From: Arcobacteraceae bacterium
GTDB taxonomy: Bacteria; Campylobacterota; Campylobacteria; Campylobacterales; Arcobacteraceae
NCBI GenBank assembly: GCA_963662945.1
Contig: OY759974.1
Location: forward strand, 2,304,001 to 2,368,000
Reading direction: 5' to 3'
Length of the DNA: 64,000 bases
Shown here: positions 1 to 8,979 of the stretch, in pieces
How the letters are laid out: each line of letters opens with the position of its first letter
How positions within the stretch are numbered: the stretch's first letter is position 1
Notes under the pieces: model-generated
The model's database searches: none
The model's input: only the letters and a program-made list of their open reading frames with translations
Told to the model about the DNA's origin: nothing
Program-made: the position numbers and the translations under genes

Positions 1-685
1 TTTTTAAAGCATCTTTTTGCATATTTGCCGTAACATTGTCGACGTATTCACCAGTACCAATAATCCAACCAAATGGTTTAAATGTAAATATATAAGAAAC
101 TTTATCTTGTGGTTTATCAAAGCCAGGTTGTGGCCATTGATAGTCTACAAAGCCTTTTGAATTATTTTTAGAAAGATTCACCATCTCAATAAAAAACTTT
201 TTACCATTAGGATCTGTTAAGTTTGATAAATCTTTTCCATCAAGACTTGGTTTAATAGGATGCATAACCATTTGTGCATTCGTATTGTGTATCCAAAAAT
301 ATCCCGTTTTTCCATATTTACTATTTTTAACTATCTCAATGAGTTCAGACTGTATAGTTTTACTGTTTTTATTTTTAAGATAATATTGTTCTAAAATATT
401 TTCTAACATTTGTGCTTGAGTAACAAGTTTTTCTTGAACTTCAACTTTTACTTTCTCTTTTGATGTTCTTTCATAAAAAGACTCAATTGTTTTAAGAACA
501 ATATCTACATTTGATTTTAATTCATCTTGCTTAGCACTAAATGCTTTCTCTTTAAAAAGTGCAACATCTTGTGCCGAAGTTTTTTTGATGTTATATATAC
601 TGATGCTTACTAAAATCGTAGACATGGTTAATACAATAACTGCTATTGCAACGGTAAGTTTCCATTTGATTGATATATTATTCAT
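1..685 (-). CDS. Cache-domain membrane sensor, probably a methyl-accepting chemotaxis protein (N-terminal part only; runs off the window)
   Basis: Manual translation from the ATG at 685: MNNISIKWKLTVAIAVIVLTMSTILVSISIYN (TM), then Cache motifs GYFWIHN...MVMHPIKPSLDGKDL...DPNGKKFFIEM...GFVDYQWPQPG...FKPFGWIIGTGEY. Open to the window edge and absent from the ORF track. Confidence 0.8.
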   Translation of the reverse strand, partial: MNNISIKWKLTVAIAVIVLTMSTILVSISIYNIKKTSAQDVALFKEKAFSAKQDELKSNVDIVLKTIESFYERTSKEKVKVEVQEKLVTQAQMLENILEQYYLKNKNSKTIQSELIEIVKNSKYGKTGYFWIHNTNAQMVMHPIKPSLDGKDLSNLTDPNGKKFFIEMVNLSKNNSKGFVDYQWPQPGFDKPQDKVSYIFTFKPFGWIIGTGEYVDNVTANMQKDALK

Positions 686-837
686 AATATAGGCTCTCTT
701 ATAATTTTTGTTATTATATTTAATATGAATAGCAAATAAATAGCATAAATAGTAAAAATAATAATATTAATAATTTTAAAGGTATAAACTTAAAATAATA
801 TTTTTAGCTGTATATATGTAAATTTTTGTTTGATGAG

Positions 838-853
838 TGGAATAATTCTTGCA
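838..853 (+). promoter_or_regulatory. Sigma54 (RpoN) -24/-12 promoter candidate upstream of nifV
   Basis: TGGAATAATTCTTGCA: GG(839-840)-N10-GC(851-852), the canonical spacing, about 30 nt before the nifV ATG. Confidence 0.7.
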
Positions 854-881
854 TTATAAATACTATATAAAGGTTAGTATT

Positions 882-1988
882 ATGGCAATTATAAATGACA
901 CAACATTACGAGATGGCGAACAAGCTCCATATGTATCTTTTACACTTGAAGAAAAACTTCAAATTGCACAATTACTCTATGAATCAGGTGCTGATGAACT
1001 TGAAGTTGGGATTCCTGCTATGGGTAGTAAGGAACAAGAAGAGTTAAAAGAGATATTACAATTACAACTTCCAATTCAAATTATGAGTTGGAATAGGGCA
1101 ACTATGGAAGATTTAGAAGCATCGATAAACTGCGGTGTGAAAGCTGTTGATCTTTCTATTCCTGTATCCCAAATACTCATAGATGTTAAATATAAAAGTA
1201 ATATTGACATAATGTTTAAAAACCTTGAAGAGGTTATATTAGCTGCCAAAAGAGAAAATCTTTTCGTCTGTATTGGTGGTGAAGATGCAAGTAGGGCTGA
1301 TAATGAACTCTTAAAAGAGATTATGAGTTTTGGAAAAACTTTAGGTGCTGATCGTTTTAGATATTGTGATACTGTTGGAATTTTAACGCCTCATAAAACT
1401 TATGAAAATATTTCTTATTTAAGTGAGCTTAATTTACTTGATATAGAGATGCATACACACAATGATTTTGGTATGGCAACTGCAAATAGTATTGCAGGTA
1501 TAGAAGCAGGTGCAAAGTCTGCAAATACTACAGTTATTGGTTTAGGAGAAAGAGCTGGAAATGCTTCTTTTGAGCAAGTACTTATGAGTTTAGTGCATCA
1601 ATTTGGTGAAAAGAGAGTTATTAATTCTCAGAAATTAAAAGAATTGGTGAGAAAAGTTTCAAAAGCTGCTAATAGAAAAATAGATAATAATACACCAATC
1701 ATAGGAAAACATATCTTTTCTCATGAATCAGGTATTCATGTAGATGGTATGATAAAAGCTAAAAATGCATATGAAGCTTTTGATCCAAGTGTTGTAGGAT
1801 TAAATAGATATTTTCCAATAGGAAAACATAGTGGTAGTGCGACACTTTTATACCATCTTAAAGCTATAGGAATAGAACCTTCTAAAGAGAAGGTAAAAGC
1901 ACTTTTACCAAAGGTAAGAGAGCTTGTGACAAATAGAAAAAAAGTGTTAAATCCTCAAGAATTAAAAGAGTTATACTTATGTTCATAG
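882..1988 (+). CDS. nifV: Homocitrate synthase (FeMo-cofactor biosynthesis)
   Basis: DTTLRDGEQAP, GGEDASRAD, RFRYCDTVG, HTHNDFGMATAN, GLGERAGNA, HESGIHVDG and GKHSG motifs. No LeuA regulatory domain; nif-type neighbours. Start moved to ATG 882 after an AAGG RBS. Confidence 0.88.
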   Translation: MAIINDTTLRDGEQAPYVSFTLEEKLQIAQLLYESGADELEVGIPAMGSKEQEELKEILQLQLPIQIMSWNRATMEDLEASINCGVKAVDLSIPVSQILIDVKYKSNIDIMFKNLEEVILAAKRENLFVCIGGEDASRADNELLKEIMSFGKTLGADRFRYCDTVGILTPHKTYENISYLSELNLLDIEMHTHNDFGMATANSIAGIEAGAKSANTTVIGLGERAGNASFEQVLMSLVHQFGEKRVINSQKLKELVRKVSKAANRKIDNNTPIIGKHIFSHESGIHVDGMIKAKNAYEAFDPSVVGLNRYFPIGKHSGSATLLYHLKAIGIEPSKEKVKALLPKVRELVTNRKKVLNPQELKELYLCS

Positions 1989-2797
1989 GCTGGATAAGAA
2001 AAGATACATTTCAAGATGATTTAGAAAAATTATCTACTAATGTGACATTAGATAAAAATCTTGTCTCAAAAACGGTACAAGAAAATCAAAGTTTATCTTT
2101 TGGTGCATATAACAGTGAGAGTGATTTAGAAGCAATTATCACAGCATATAGCTTTAAAAACTCAATACTTATAAATAATCTGTATTATTTGAAAGATATA
2201 GAGTTAGATATTATAAGAAGGTTGTTTACAATACTTTTAAATAATATTGACCAAACAACTTTGCCTGTACTTTTTATGGCAAATCAAATGGAACAATCTT
2301 TTTTAAAAGAATTAGGCTTTAATAAATATGCAAATTTTAAAAAAGCAGTACACAAAGGTGCAGCAGTTGCTTTTAACTTTTCAAATGCAACCTCAAAAAG
2401 TATTAGTAATCCAAATTATATACCAACAGTGACAAAACTTGATGTGGATACTTTTAAAGAAAATAGAGTAGAGTATATATTACATATAGTTGCAAAGCAA
2501 TCTTCACTTATGTTATCAACACAATTTGGGTATCAGCACTCTTATGCACTTAGTAAAGAGATAATAAAAATATCTCCATGGATTATGGTTGATGAAGCAT
2601 TTACAGATGCAGAAAAACTTATGAGAGGAGTCTTATACCATCGTGGTTTAAAAACTATTGTCTCTTTTATACCTTCAAGTGCAAAAGAGATAGTAGAACT
2701 TTACAAATCTTATAAGTTTGAATTTGTAGAAGAGTTTGGTTTAATGTATTTAAATAAAAAACCAAACATTAACTTAGATTCAATCTATGGGTTTTAA
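1979..2797 (+). CDS. Hypothetical protein, possible tandem GNAT-like (YitH-type) fold
   Basis: 272 aa overlapping the nifV stop. Size and weak motifs (ELGFNK, IKISPW, ELYKSYKF) suggest a degenerate double acetyltransferase fold. Confidence 0.45.
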   Translation: MFIGWIRKDTFQDDLEKLSTNVTLDKNLVSKTVQENQSLSFGAYNSESDLEAIITAYSFKNSILINNLYYLKDIELDIIRRLFTILLNNIDQTTLPVLFMANQMEQSFLKELGFNKYANFKKAVHKGAAVAFNFSNATSKSISNPNYIPTVTKLDVDTFKENRVEYILHIVAKQSSLMLSTQFGYQHSYALSKEIIKISPWIMVDEAFTDAEKLMRGVLYHRGLKTIVSFIPSSAKEIVELYKSYKFEFVEEFGLMYLNKKPNINLDSIYGF

Positions 2798-2817
2798 ATT
2801 TAAAAAAGGGGAATAAA

Positions 2818-3024
2818 ATGGGATTAACAGAAGAAGAAAAAGAGATCAAAAAAGAGTTTGCTGGATATAAAAGAAAAGTAACTGAAGTTGCTGGAGAGAT
2901 ACATGATATTGTTGAAGATAGTATATGGACTGATTATGTAAAACTACCAGAATTAAGTGCTAAAATCGGTGTTTTAATGGATGAATTAAATGCCTTTAAA
3001 GCACAACATGACTTTTTAAAATAG
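2818..3024 (+). CDS. Rop-like / CCE_0567-family nif-associated small protein
   Basis: 68 aa helical protein with AGEIHDIVED..W, resembling the family LHDLAEDLP..W motif; GGGG RBS. Confidence 0.7.
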   Translation: MGLTEEEKEIKKEFAGYKRKVTEVAGEIHDIVEDSIWTDYVKLPELSAKIGVLMDELNAFKAQHDFLK

Positions 3025-3033
3025 TGTGTTATT

Positions 3034-3267
3034 ATGGAAGATAAAACTTTAAAAATCATTTGCGAGTGTGGGAATAAAAATGTTGCCCAAGCAGTTGAAA
3101 TATTTAAAGCAACAGATCTTCCATATAAAAAAGCAAAAAAACTAGTAACTGAATGTAATAAAACCTGTTGTAGAAGACCATTAATGGCATTGTATAATAT
3201 GGTTGAATTTGGTAATATAGATTATGAAGAGATTGATTTTTTAATTGATCAGATGAATGAAAGGTAA
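3034..3267 (+). CDS. BFD-like [2Fe-2S]-binding small protein
   Basis: IICECGN...TECNKTCCRR: an N-terminal CxC plus a distal Cys cluster. Confidence 0.55.
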   Translation: MEDKTLKIICECGNKNVAQAVEIFKATDLPYKKAKKLVTECNKTCCRRPLMALYNMVEFGNIDYEEIDFLIDQMNER

Positions 3268-3275
3268 GGTATAAA

Positions 3276-4268
3276 ATGGATAAATCAATGGAAGATTTTA
3301 TAAGATGGTTAAAGTCAAATAGTCTTTGTTCAAATATACCTACAGACAAAGAGCAATTAAAAAATTTATCTATACTTGATTTAAGTAAGAAAAAAATCAG
3401 GGAATTACCAAGTAGTATAGAAGCTTTAGAGAATTTACAAATATTAAAACTTTCTAGTAATCGATTAAAAAAATTACCAAATGAGATAGGAAAACTTAAA
3501 AAACTTAAAAATCTACAATGTGAAAATAATCTTTTGGAAGAGTTGCCTACAACTATTGGAGATTTGAGTTCATTATTGGTTTTAAATATCAATGGAAATA
3601 AGATAAAAAATTTACCAGAAGAGTTTTATGAACTTAAAAAGCTTACAAGGCTTACTATTGCTGCAAATTCTTTAGAATATTTATCTCCAAAGTTAGCAAA
3701 TTTGAGTAAACTTTTATATCTTTCATTAGATACAAATTGTTTGAAAGAGTTACCAGATGTATTTAATACGATGAATTCTTTATATTATTTAGATATTTCA
3801 TATAACGAATTTAAAGTTTTACCAGACTCTATTGGAGATATAGATGAACTTGAAACATTACTATTAGAGGGAAATGAGATTGAAAATTTACCATCTTTAG
3901 AATCTCATGATATGTTAATGAGGTTAAATCTTAATGATAATAATATCAATGAACTCAATTTTGATATAAGTAGCTTAGAAGATTTACAAATATTAACTCT
4001 AGACAATAATAATTTAAAATACCTTCCAGATAACATATGTAAATTAAAACATCTTAATCACTTAAGTGTTTCAGCAAATCAGTTACAAGAGTTACCAGAG
4101 TGTATTGGTGAATTAGAAAATCTTTTAGAATTAGATATTGAAGAAAATGAAATTAGTGTTTTACCTTCAAGTTTTGAGAATCTAAAAAAACTAAAAAATC
4201 TTTATATAGATAATAATAAAAATTTAGAAAGACCTCAGTTAGATTCTTTAGAGTTTTGTGATATATAA
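3276..4268 (+). CDS. Leucine-rich repeat protein
   Basis: About 12-13 repeats of ~23 aa with consensus LxxLxxLxLxxNxLxxLPxxIGx; no signal peptide. Confidence 0.92.
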   Translation: MDKSMEDFIRWLKSNSLCSNIPTDKEQLKNLSILDLSKKKIRELPSSIEALENLQILKLSSNRLKKLPNEIGKLKKLKNLQCENNLLEELPTTIGDLSSLLVLNINGNKIKNLPEEFYELKKLTRLTIAANSLEYLSPKLANLSKLLYLSLDTNCLKELPDVFNTMNSLYYLDISYNEFKVLPDSIGDIDELETLLLEGNEIENLPSLESHDMLMRLNLNDNNINELNFDISSLEDLQILTLDNNNLKYLPDNICKLKHLNHLSVSANQLQELPECIGELENLLELDIEENEISVLPSSFENLKKLKNLYIDNNKNLERPQLDSLEFCDI

Positions 4269-4286
4269 GATTTAAGTGGGAAGTTA

Positions 4287-6332
4287 TTAAAAACTTGCCC
4301 ACTCATCGTCATCACTGGAGTTAGATACTACAGGTTTTATTGTTTTATCTATATTTACTTTTGTAGTAGGTGTTTTTTCATTAGAGTGTGGTGAAGGGAT
4401 TTTTTCTGTAGGTATACTTTTTGGATTATTAGTAGCATTTATAGTTTTTGCTCTTACCGTATCTTTACCTACAAACTCTTTTTCATTTGCACTTTGTACT
4501 GCTTGTTGAGCGATGCCATCTGTTTGCAGTGCTATCTCATTTGTTTGTGATGCAATATTAGCATTTTGTTGTGTTTGTTTATCAAGTGAGTTAACTGCAT
4601 CATTAATTTGAACTATACCATTCTTTTGTTCTTTTGAAGCAGTTTCTACATCTCTTATTAGTTGTATGGTTTGAGAGATATTATTATTGAGGTGTTCATA
4701 TCCCTTAATCATACTATCAGATATTTTTTTACCTTCAGTTGCTTTATTAGCTGCATTTTCTACTAAGGTTTTTATCTCATTAGCAGCATCAGCACTTCTA
4801 CCTGCTAGATTTCTCACTTCTTGTGCAACAACAGCAAAACCTTTTCCTGCTTCACCAGCTGTTGCTGCTTCTACTGCTGCATTTAAAGAAAGTATATTTG
4901 TTTGGAATGCAATTTGATCAATAATTGTTATCGCTTCATTTATTGAAGTTACTTCATTATTAATCTCATCCATAGCAGAAGTTGTTTGATTTGCAAGGTT
5001 TTGACCAGCTTCAACTGATGTTGTAACTTCATTTGCAAGATTTGCCATTTGAATAATACTATTTGTTGTACTTGAAATATTACTTGTTAACTCTTCAAGT
5101 GCAGCGGCTGTTTCTTCAAGTGCCGCTGCTGCTTGATTTGAGTTTGTATTAAGATTTTTTACATTCTCTAATAGTTTTTGAGAACTATTTTGAAGGGTAA
5201 GTCCACTTGTTTTATTTTCAACCAACATTTCTGTTATAGCATTTCTAAGTTTGTTAATATCAATTAATAATAGTTCAAAAACGCCTCCTTTTTCAATACC
5301 TTCAATAGAAAGAGAATTTCTATAATCTAAATGTGCATATTGTTCAAGTATTAAATTAATATTTGTAAAATGTTTTTTTGTTTCACTTATCATCTCATTA
5401 ACATTATTTTTGAATTCATTTAAAGAAGTATTTGAAGTTGAAGATTTAATGTGCTCTGAATACCATCCATGTTTTACTCTATTAATAACACTTTTTGCTT
5501 CCTCTATAAGTTTATTATCCTGATCAATTTCAGTTTGTAAAGTATTGATATTTTGATTAATGATTTTAGCCATTTGACCAATCTCATCATTTGCACTATC
5601 ATCTAAAAGTTCGGTACTTGATTGTTTTCGATTAAGATAATTAAAAAATGATAATAAACCATTTTGTAAGGCATTGACAGAGTTAACTATTCTATCACTT
5701 AATAATTTGAAAATAAGTCCTAAGAATAGAATAAGTGCTATACCAAATATTAGTATTTCCATCTCTACTGTATCTATAGAGTTTTCAATATTTTTTCCTA
5801 GTAGGTTATTTTCATTTCTATGCTCTTTTATCCATATTTCCAATGCATTAGAAAGTTTTTCTGCAAATGGATCTAATTGTAACATCATTGTATTACCAGC
5901 ATCAGTTCCTTCATGAATATAACTATTAGCCATTTTGATACCTATGTTATAATAGTTTGAAAAATTATCTTTAAAATCTTCCAATTCTTTTACCATCTTA
6001 GGCTCATTATATTTTTTATGCTCTCTAATAAGGTAATCTAATATTTTATTTCCATCTTCATAATATTTTTTAGCTTCAACAAATCCATCATCAAAACCCT
6101 CTTTGGCTTTTGTAGCAGAGATATCTGTAAGCCATTGTTGTACTTGTATCACATCAAGCTTAAGATATAAAAAATTGAATGCATGAGGTAATACTTCTTC
6201 TTCTTTGTCTTTAATTGCATTTTTTATATGAGCAATTTGTGAATAGTTTATAAAAACATTTACTATATTTAACAATATAACAATAGTACTAATACTTATG
6301 AGAACTTTTCTGATGGAGATATTTTTTAGCAT
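4287..6332 (-). CDS. Methyl-accepting chemotaxis protein
   Basis: Two TM segments, HAMP-like region, [37 protein letters not shown] hairpin, C-terminal EWASF pentapeptide. Confidence 0.95.
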   Translation of the reverse strand: MLKNISIRKVLISISTIVILLNIVNVFINYSQIAHIKNAIKDKEEEVLPHAFNFLYLKLDVIQVQQWLTDISATKAKEGFDDGFVEAKKYYEDGNKILDYLIREHKKYNEPKMVKELEDFKDNFSNYYNIGIKMANSYIHEGTDAGNTMMLQLDPFAEKLSNALEIWIKEHRNENNLLGKNIENSIDTVEMEILIFGIALILFLGLIFKLLSDRIVNSVNALQNGLLSFFNYLNRKQSSTELLDDSANDEIGQMAKIINQNINTLQTEIDQDNKLIEEAKSVINRVKHGWYSEHIKSSTSNTSLNEFKNNVNEMISETKKHFTNINLILEQYAHLDYRNSLSIEGIEKGGVFELLLIDINKLRNAITEMLVENKTSGLTLQNSSQKLLENVKNLNTNSNQAAAALEETAAALEELTSNISSTTNSIIQMANLANEVTTSVEAGQNLANQTTSAMDEINNEVTSINEAITIIDQIAFQTNILSLNAAVEAATAGEAGKGFAVVAQEVRNLAGRSADAANEIKTLVENAANKATEGKKISDSMIKGYEHLNNNISQTIQLIRDVETASKEQKNGIVQINDAVNSLDKQTQQNANIASQTNEIALQTDGIAQQAVQSANEKEFVGKDTVRAKTINATNNPKSIPTEKIPSPHSNEKTPTTKVNIDKTIKPVVSNSSDDDEWASF

Positions 6333-6344
6333 ATTTTCCCTTTT

Positions 6345-7973
6345 TTATTGTAATGGCAGTATGATGTTAAAGTTAGCACCTAAATATTCTTTTTCATTTA
6401 TCTTAAAAGTTTGATTGTTTACTTCTATTTGACCATTCATACCTTCTACAACCATTGTGTATGTCATATGAAGACCAAGACCTGTTCCTGTTTTTTTATC
6501 TTTGGTTGTAAAATAAGGATCAAATATTTTTTCTAAAATATTATCTGCTATTCCACCACCACTGTCTTGAAAACTTATTATGATTTTATCATTATTAACT
6601 TTAGAACTAATTGCAATAAATCTATCATCTTCATCAATAGTATCTAGTACATCTTTAGCATTATTAAAAATATTCATATAACATTGTATAAGTTCATTAG
6701 GATATGAGTTAAGAGTAATGTTTTTTTCTAAATGAAAAATCATAGTGATGTTATGATTTTTAATAGATGCTTCAACTAATTTTAAAAAGCTATTAATATT
6801 TTCTTCCAAATCAAAATGAATTTTAATTCTATCACCTTTTATAAAGTTTCTAAAATCATCAATAGTTTTTGAAAGATATTGTGCATTATCATTTATCATA
6901 TCACATGTAGTATTGAATTCTTGATCACTGAGTGTTCCAAATTGTTTTTGCATTTTCATACCAGTTGCACCTGTTGAAATTATAGAAAGAGGTTGTCTCC
7001 ATTGATGAGCAATATTTCCAATCATCTCCCCCATAGATGCCATTTTTTCTGATTTGAAAAGTTGTTTTTGGGTTTTAATATTTTTTTCAACTTCCTCTTT
7101 TACTCTTTGTTCTAAATTTGCATTTAAAAGTTGTAATTCGTGGTCATTCTCTTCTAGTTCTCTATTTTGTCTCTCTAATGCGATAGTTTTTTCGTATACT
7201 TTTTCTTCTAGATTTTTGTTTAATAATATAAGTTCTGATTCATTTTCTTTTATTTGTTCAAGCATATTGTTAACTTCTTTTGATAATAAACCAATTTCAT
7301 CAACTCTATTTGTATCAACCTTAATATCTCTTTCTCCATTACTAATTTTGTTTGTTATAGAAATTAGATTGTAAAGGTTTTTTGTTAAATTTGTTGAGAG
7401 AAGATACGCAATGAAAACTCCTAAAATAATTGCTAGTATTGTATATATGATACCATTTTGTGTTATTTGATTAAGAATTTGCGTATTATTTTTTAAAGAG
7501 ATAGAAACTCTTGCCCAACCAATAAATTGAGATTGTCTTAATATTGGTACTGCAATATCTATAATATGTTGATTGTCAATCAAAATTAAAGTAATAGGTT
7601 TTGATTTTAACATAGAAATACTGGTTGTATCACTTAGATATTTATTAAGATAGCTTTTATCTGTATGGGCAATTACTTTTCCATTTGTATCAATTATCAT
7701 GGCATATGTTAGATTGGGATAAAGAATAATTGATTTAACAATCTCTTCTAATCCTATATAGTCATTCGCTAGTACCCAAGATGTTGCATTTTTAGAAAGT
7801 GTCGTTGTTAGACTAATAGCTTGGATTAAACTTTGATTGTGTAAAAATTCTTTTTGGTTATTTGTAAGTTCAATAATAAATAAAGTCATAAACAGTATAT
7901 TTGTTATAACAATTGCAACCATAAGCTGTCGTTTAATTGTTTTTGTAAAAAAATTATTAATAGTTTGTATCAT
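6345..7973 (-). CDS. HAMP-domain sensor histidine kinase
   Basis: 2 TM plus periplasmic domain, HAMP (DEIGLL), H-box IAHQWRQPL, DSGGG and GTGLGL boxes. Confidence 0.93.
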   Translation of the reverse strand: MIQTINNFFTKTIKRQLMVAIVITNILFMTLFIIELTNNQKEFLHNQSLIQAISLTTTLSKNATSWVLANDYIGLEEIVKSIILYPNLTYAMIIDTNGKVIAHTDKSYLNKYLSDTTSISMLKSKPITLILIDNQHIIDIAVPILRQSQFIGWARVSISLKNNTQILNQITQNGIIYTILAIILGVFIAYLLSTNLTKNLYNLISITNKISNGERDIKVDTNRVDEIGLLSKEVNNMLEQIKENESELILLNKNLEEKVYEKTIALERQNRELEENDHELQLLNANLEQRVKEEVEKNIKTQKQLFKSEKMASMGEMIGNIAHQWRQPLSIISTGATGMKMQKQFGTLSDQEFNTTCDMINDNAQYLSKTIDDFRNFIKGDRIKIHFDLEENINSFLKLVEASIKNHNITMIFHLEKNITLNSYPNELIQCYMNIFNNAKDVLDTIDEDDRFIAISSKVNNDKIIISFQDSGGGIADNILEKIFDPYFTTKDKKTGTGLGLHMTYTMVVEGMNGQIEVNNQTFKINEKEYLGANFNIILPLQ

Positions 7974-8887
7974 TTTGTTCCACCTATAGTTCTTACTTCC
8001 TTTTCAAATTTTTCTAAAAACCATTCTACTTGATTATATGTTTCTGTATTAGCTTTTTCAAATTTACTTAACTCCATAGGTTTTAATATATCTTTTCCCT
8101 CTTGGGTTGTATGAAGATTAAAAAGTAAAGTTGCAATCTCATTTACTAGTTCTTTAGGCATACTATTTTTAGCTACTAATCCATTATTTGGTAAACTTTG
8201 TGTTTCCCATTTAACGGTTAGTTTATTTGCTATTGTTGGTCTATCTTTTTTGAAAGCTTCCCATGGTGGAGGCCATGTTGCAGCTGCTACTGATTTTTTT
8301 AGAAATAAATTCATAATTGAAGATTCTTGAGAACCTACATAACTATTCTTAATATCTTTATTTACATCTATACCATGTTTGTATAAAAAGTATTGAGGTA
8401 ACATTGTTGCTGCTAATGCAGTGGCAGCAGGATAACTAACAGTTTTCCCTTTTAAATCTTCAATAGTATGAATGTTACCATCTTTTCTTACAAGAATGAT
8501 TCCTTTAAAGTTTTCATCATCCCCCATTTTCCCAAAGATAGTATATCCATGTTTTAATGACTGAACTGTTTGATATGGGTTGGGAAGTGCTAAGTCAAAG
8601 TAGCTAGAAAAAAGTTTTTTATTATATGCTTCATAATTTCTTGATGCTTCAAGTTTTAAATTAATTGAGGGAATATTATGATTAATATAGTCAACTAAAG
8701 GTTGATATACTTCAAATAATTTTTTAGGATTATGTAAAGGATGGACTCCAAAGATATAAGTTTGTTTTACAAATATTGGTTTCTCTGAATACTTGGGTGA
8801 ATATTCATCATTTTTAGTATCACTACAACCACTCAAAAATATTATCAAGAAACAATATACGATAAAAAACTTTAATCTGTTTGACAT
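7970..8887 (-). CDS. PhnD/phosphonate-type periplasmic binding lipoprotein
   Basis: Lipobox LSGC; FGVHP, IEDLKGKTVSYP and VGSQESSI motifs of the phosphate/phosphite/phosphonate SBP family; ATGA overlap with the downstream kinase. Confidence 0.8.
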   Translation of the reverse strand: MSNRLKFFIVYCFLIIFLSGCSDTKNDEYSPKYSEKPIFVKQTYIFGVHPLHNPKKLFEVYQPLVDYINHNIPSINLKLEASRNYEAYNKKLFSSYFDLALPNPYQTVQSLKHGYTIFGKMGDDENFKGIILVRKDGNIHTIEDLKGKTVSYPAATALAATMLPQYFLYKHGIDVNKDIKNSYVGSQESSIMNLFLKKSVAAATWPPPWEAFKKDRPTIANKLTVKWETQSLPNNGLVAKNSMPKELVNEIATLLFNLHTTQEGKDILKPMELSKFEKANTETYNQVEWFLEKFEKEVRTIGGTK

Positions 8888-8979
8888 TTTATGACTCTTA
8901 ATTTTATTTAATACGATTTTATCTAAATATTGCTTTTGTTACGAAATATCTATAATATTTTATTATAATAATATCAAGA

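Noticed and set aside
686-837. NifA upstream activator site (TGT-N10-ACA)
   Set aside because: No exact match found by eye in the intergenic region.
882-1988. Calling this gene leuA or a citramalate synthase
   Set aside because: Short length without a regulatory domain, NifV-type motifs, sigma54 motif and nif-type neighbours favour nifV.
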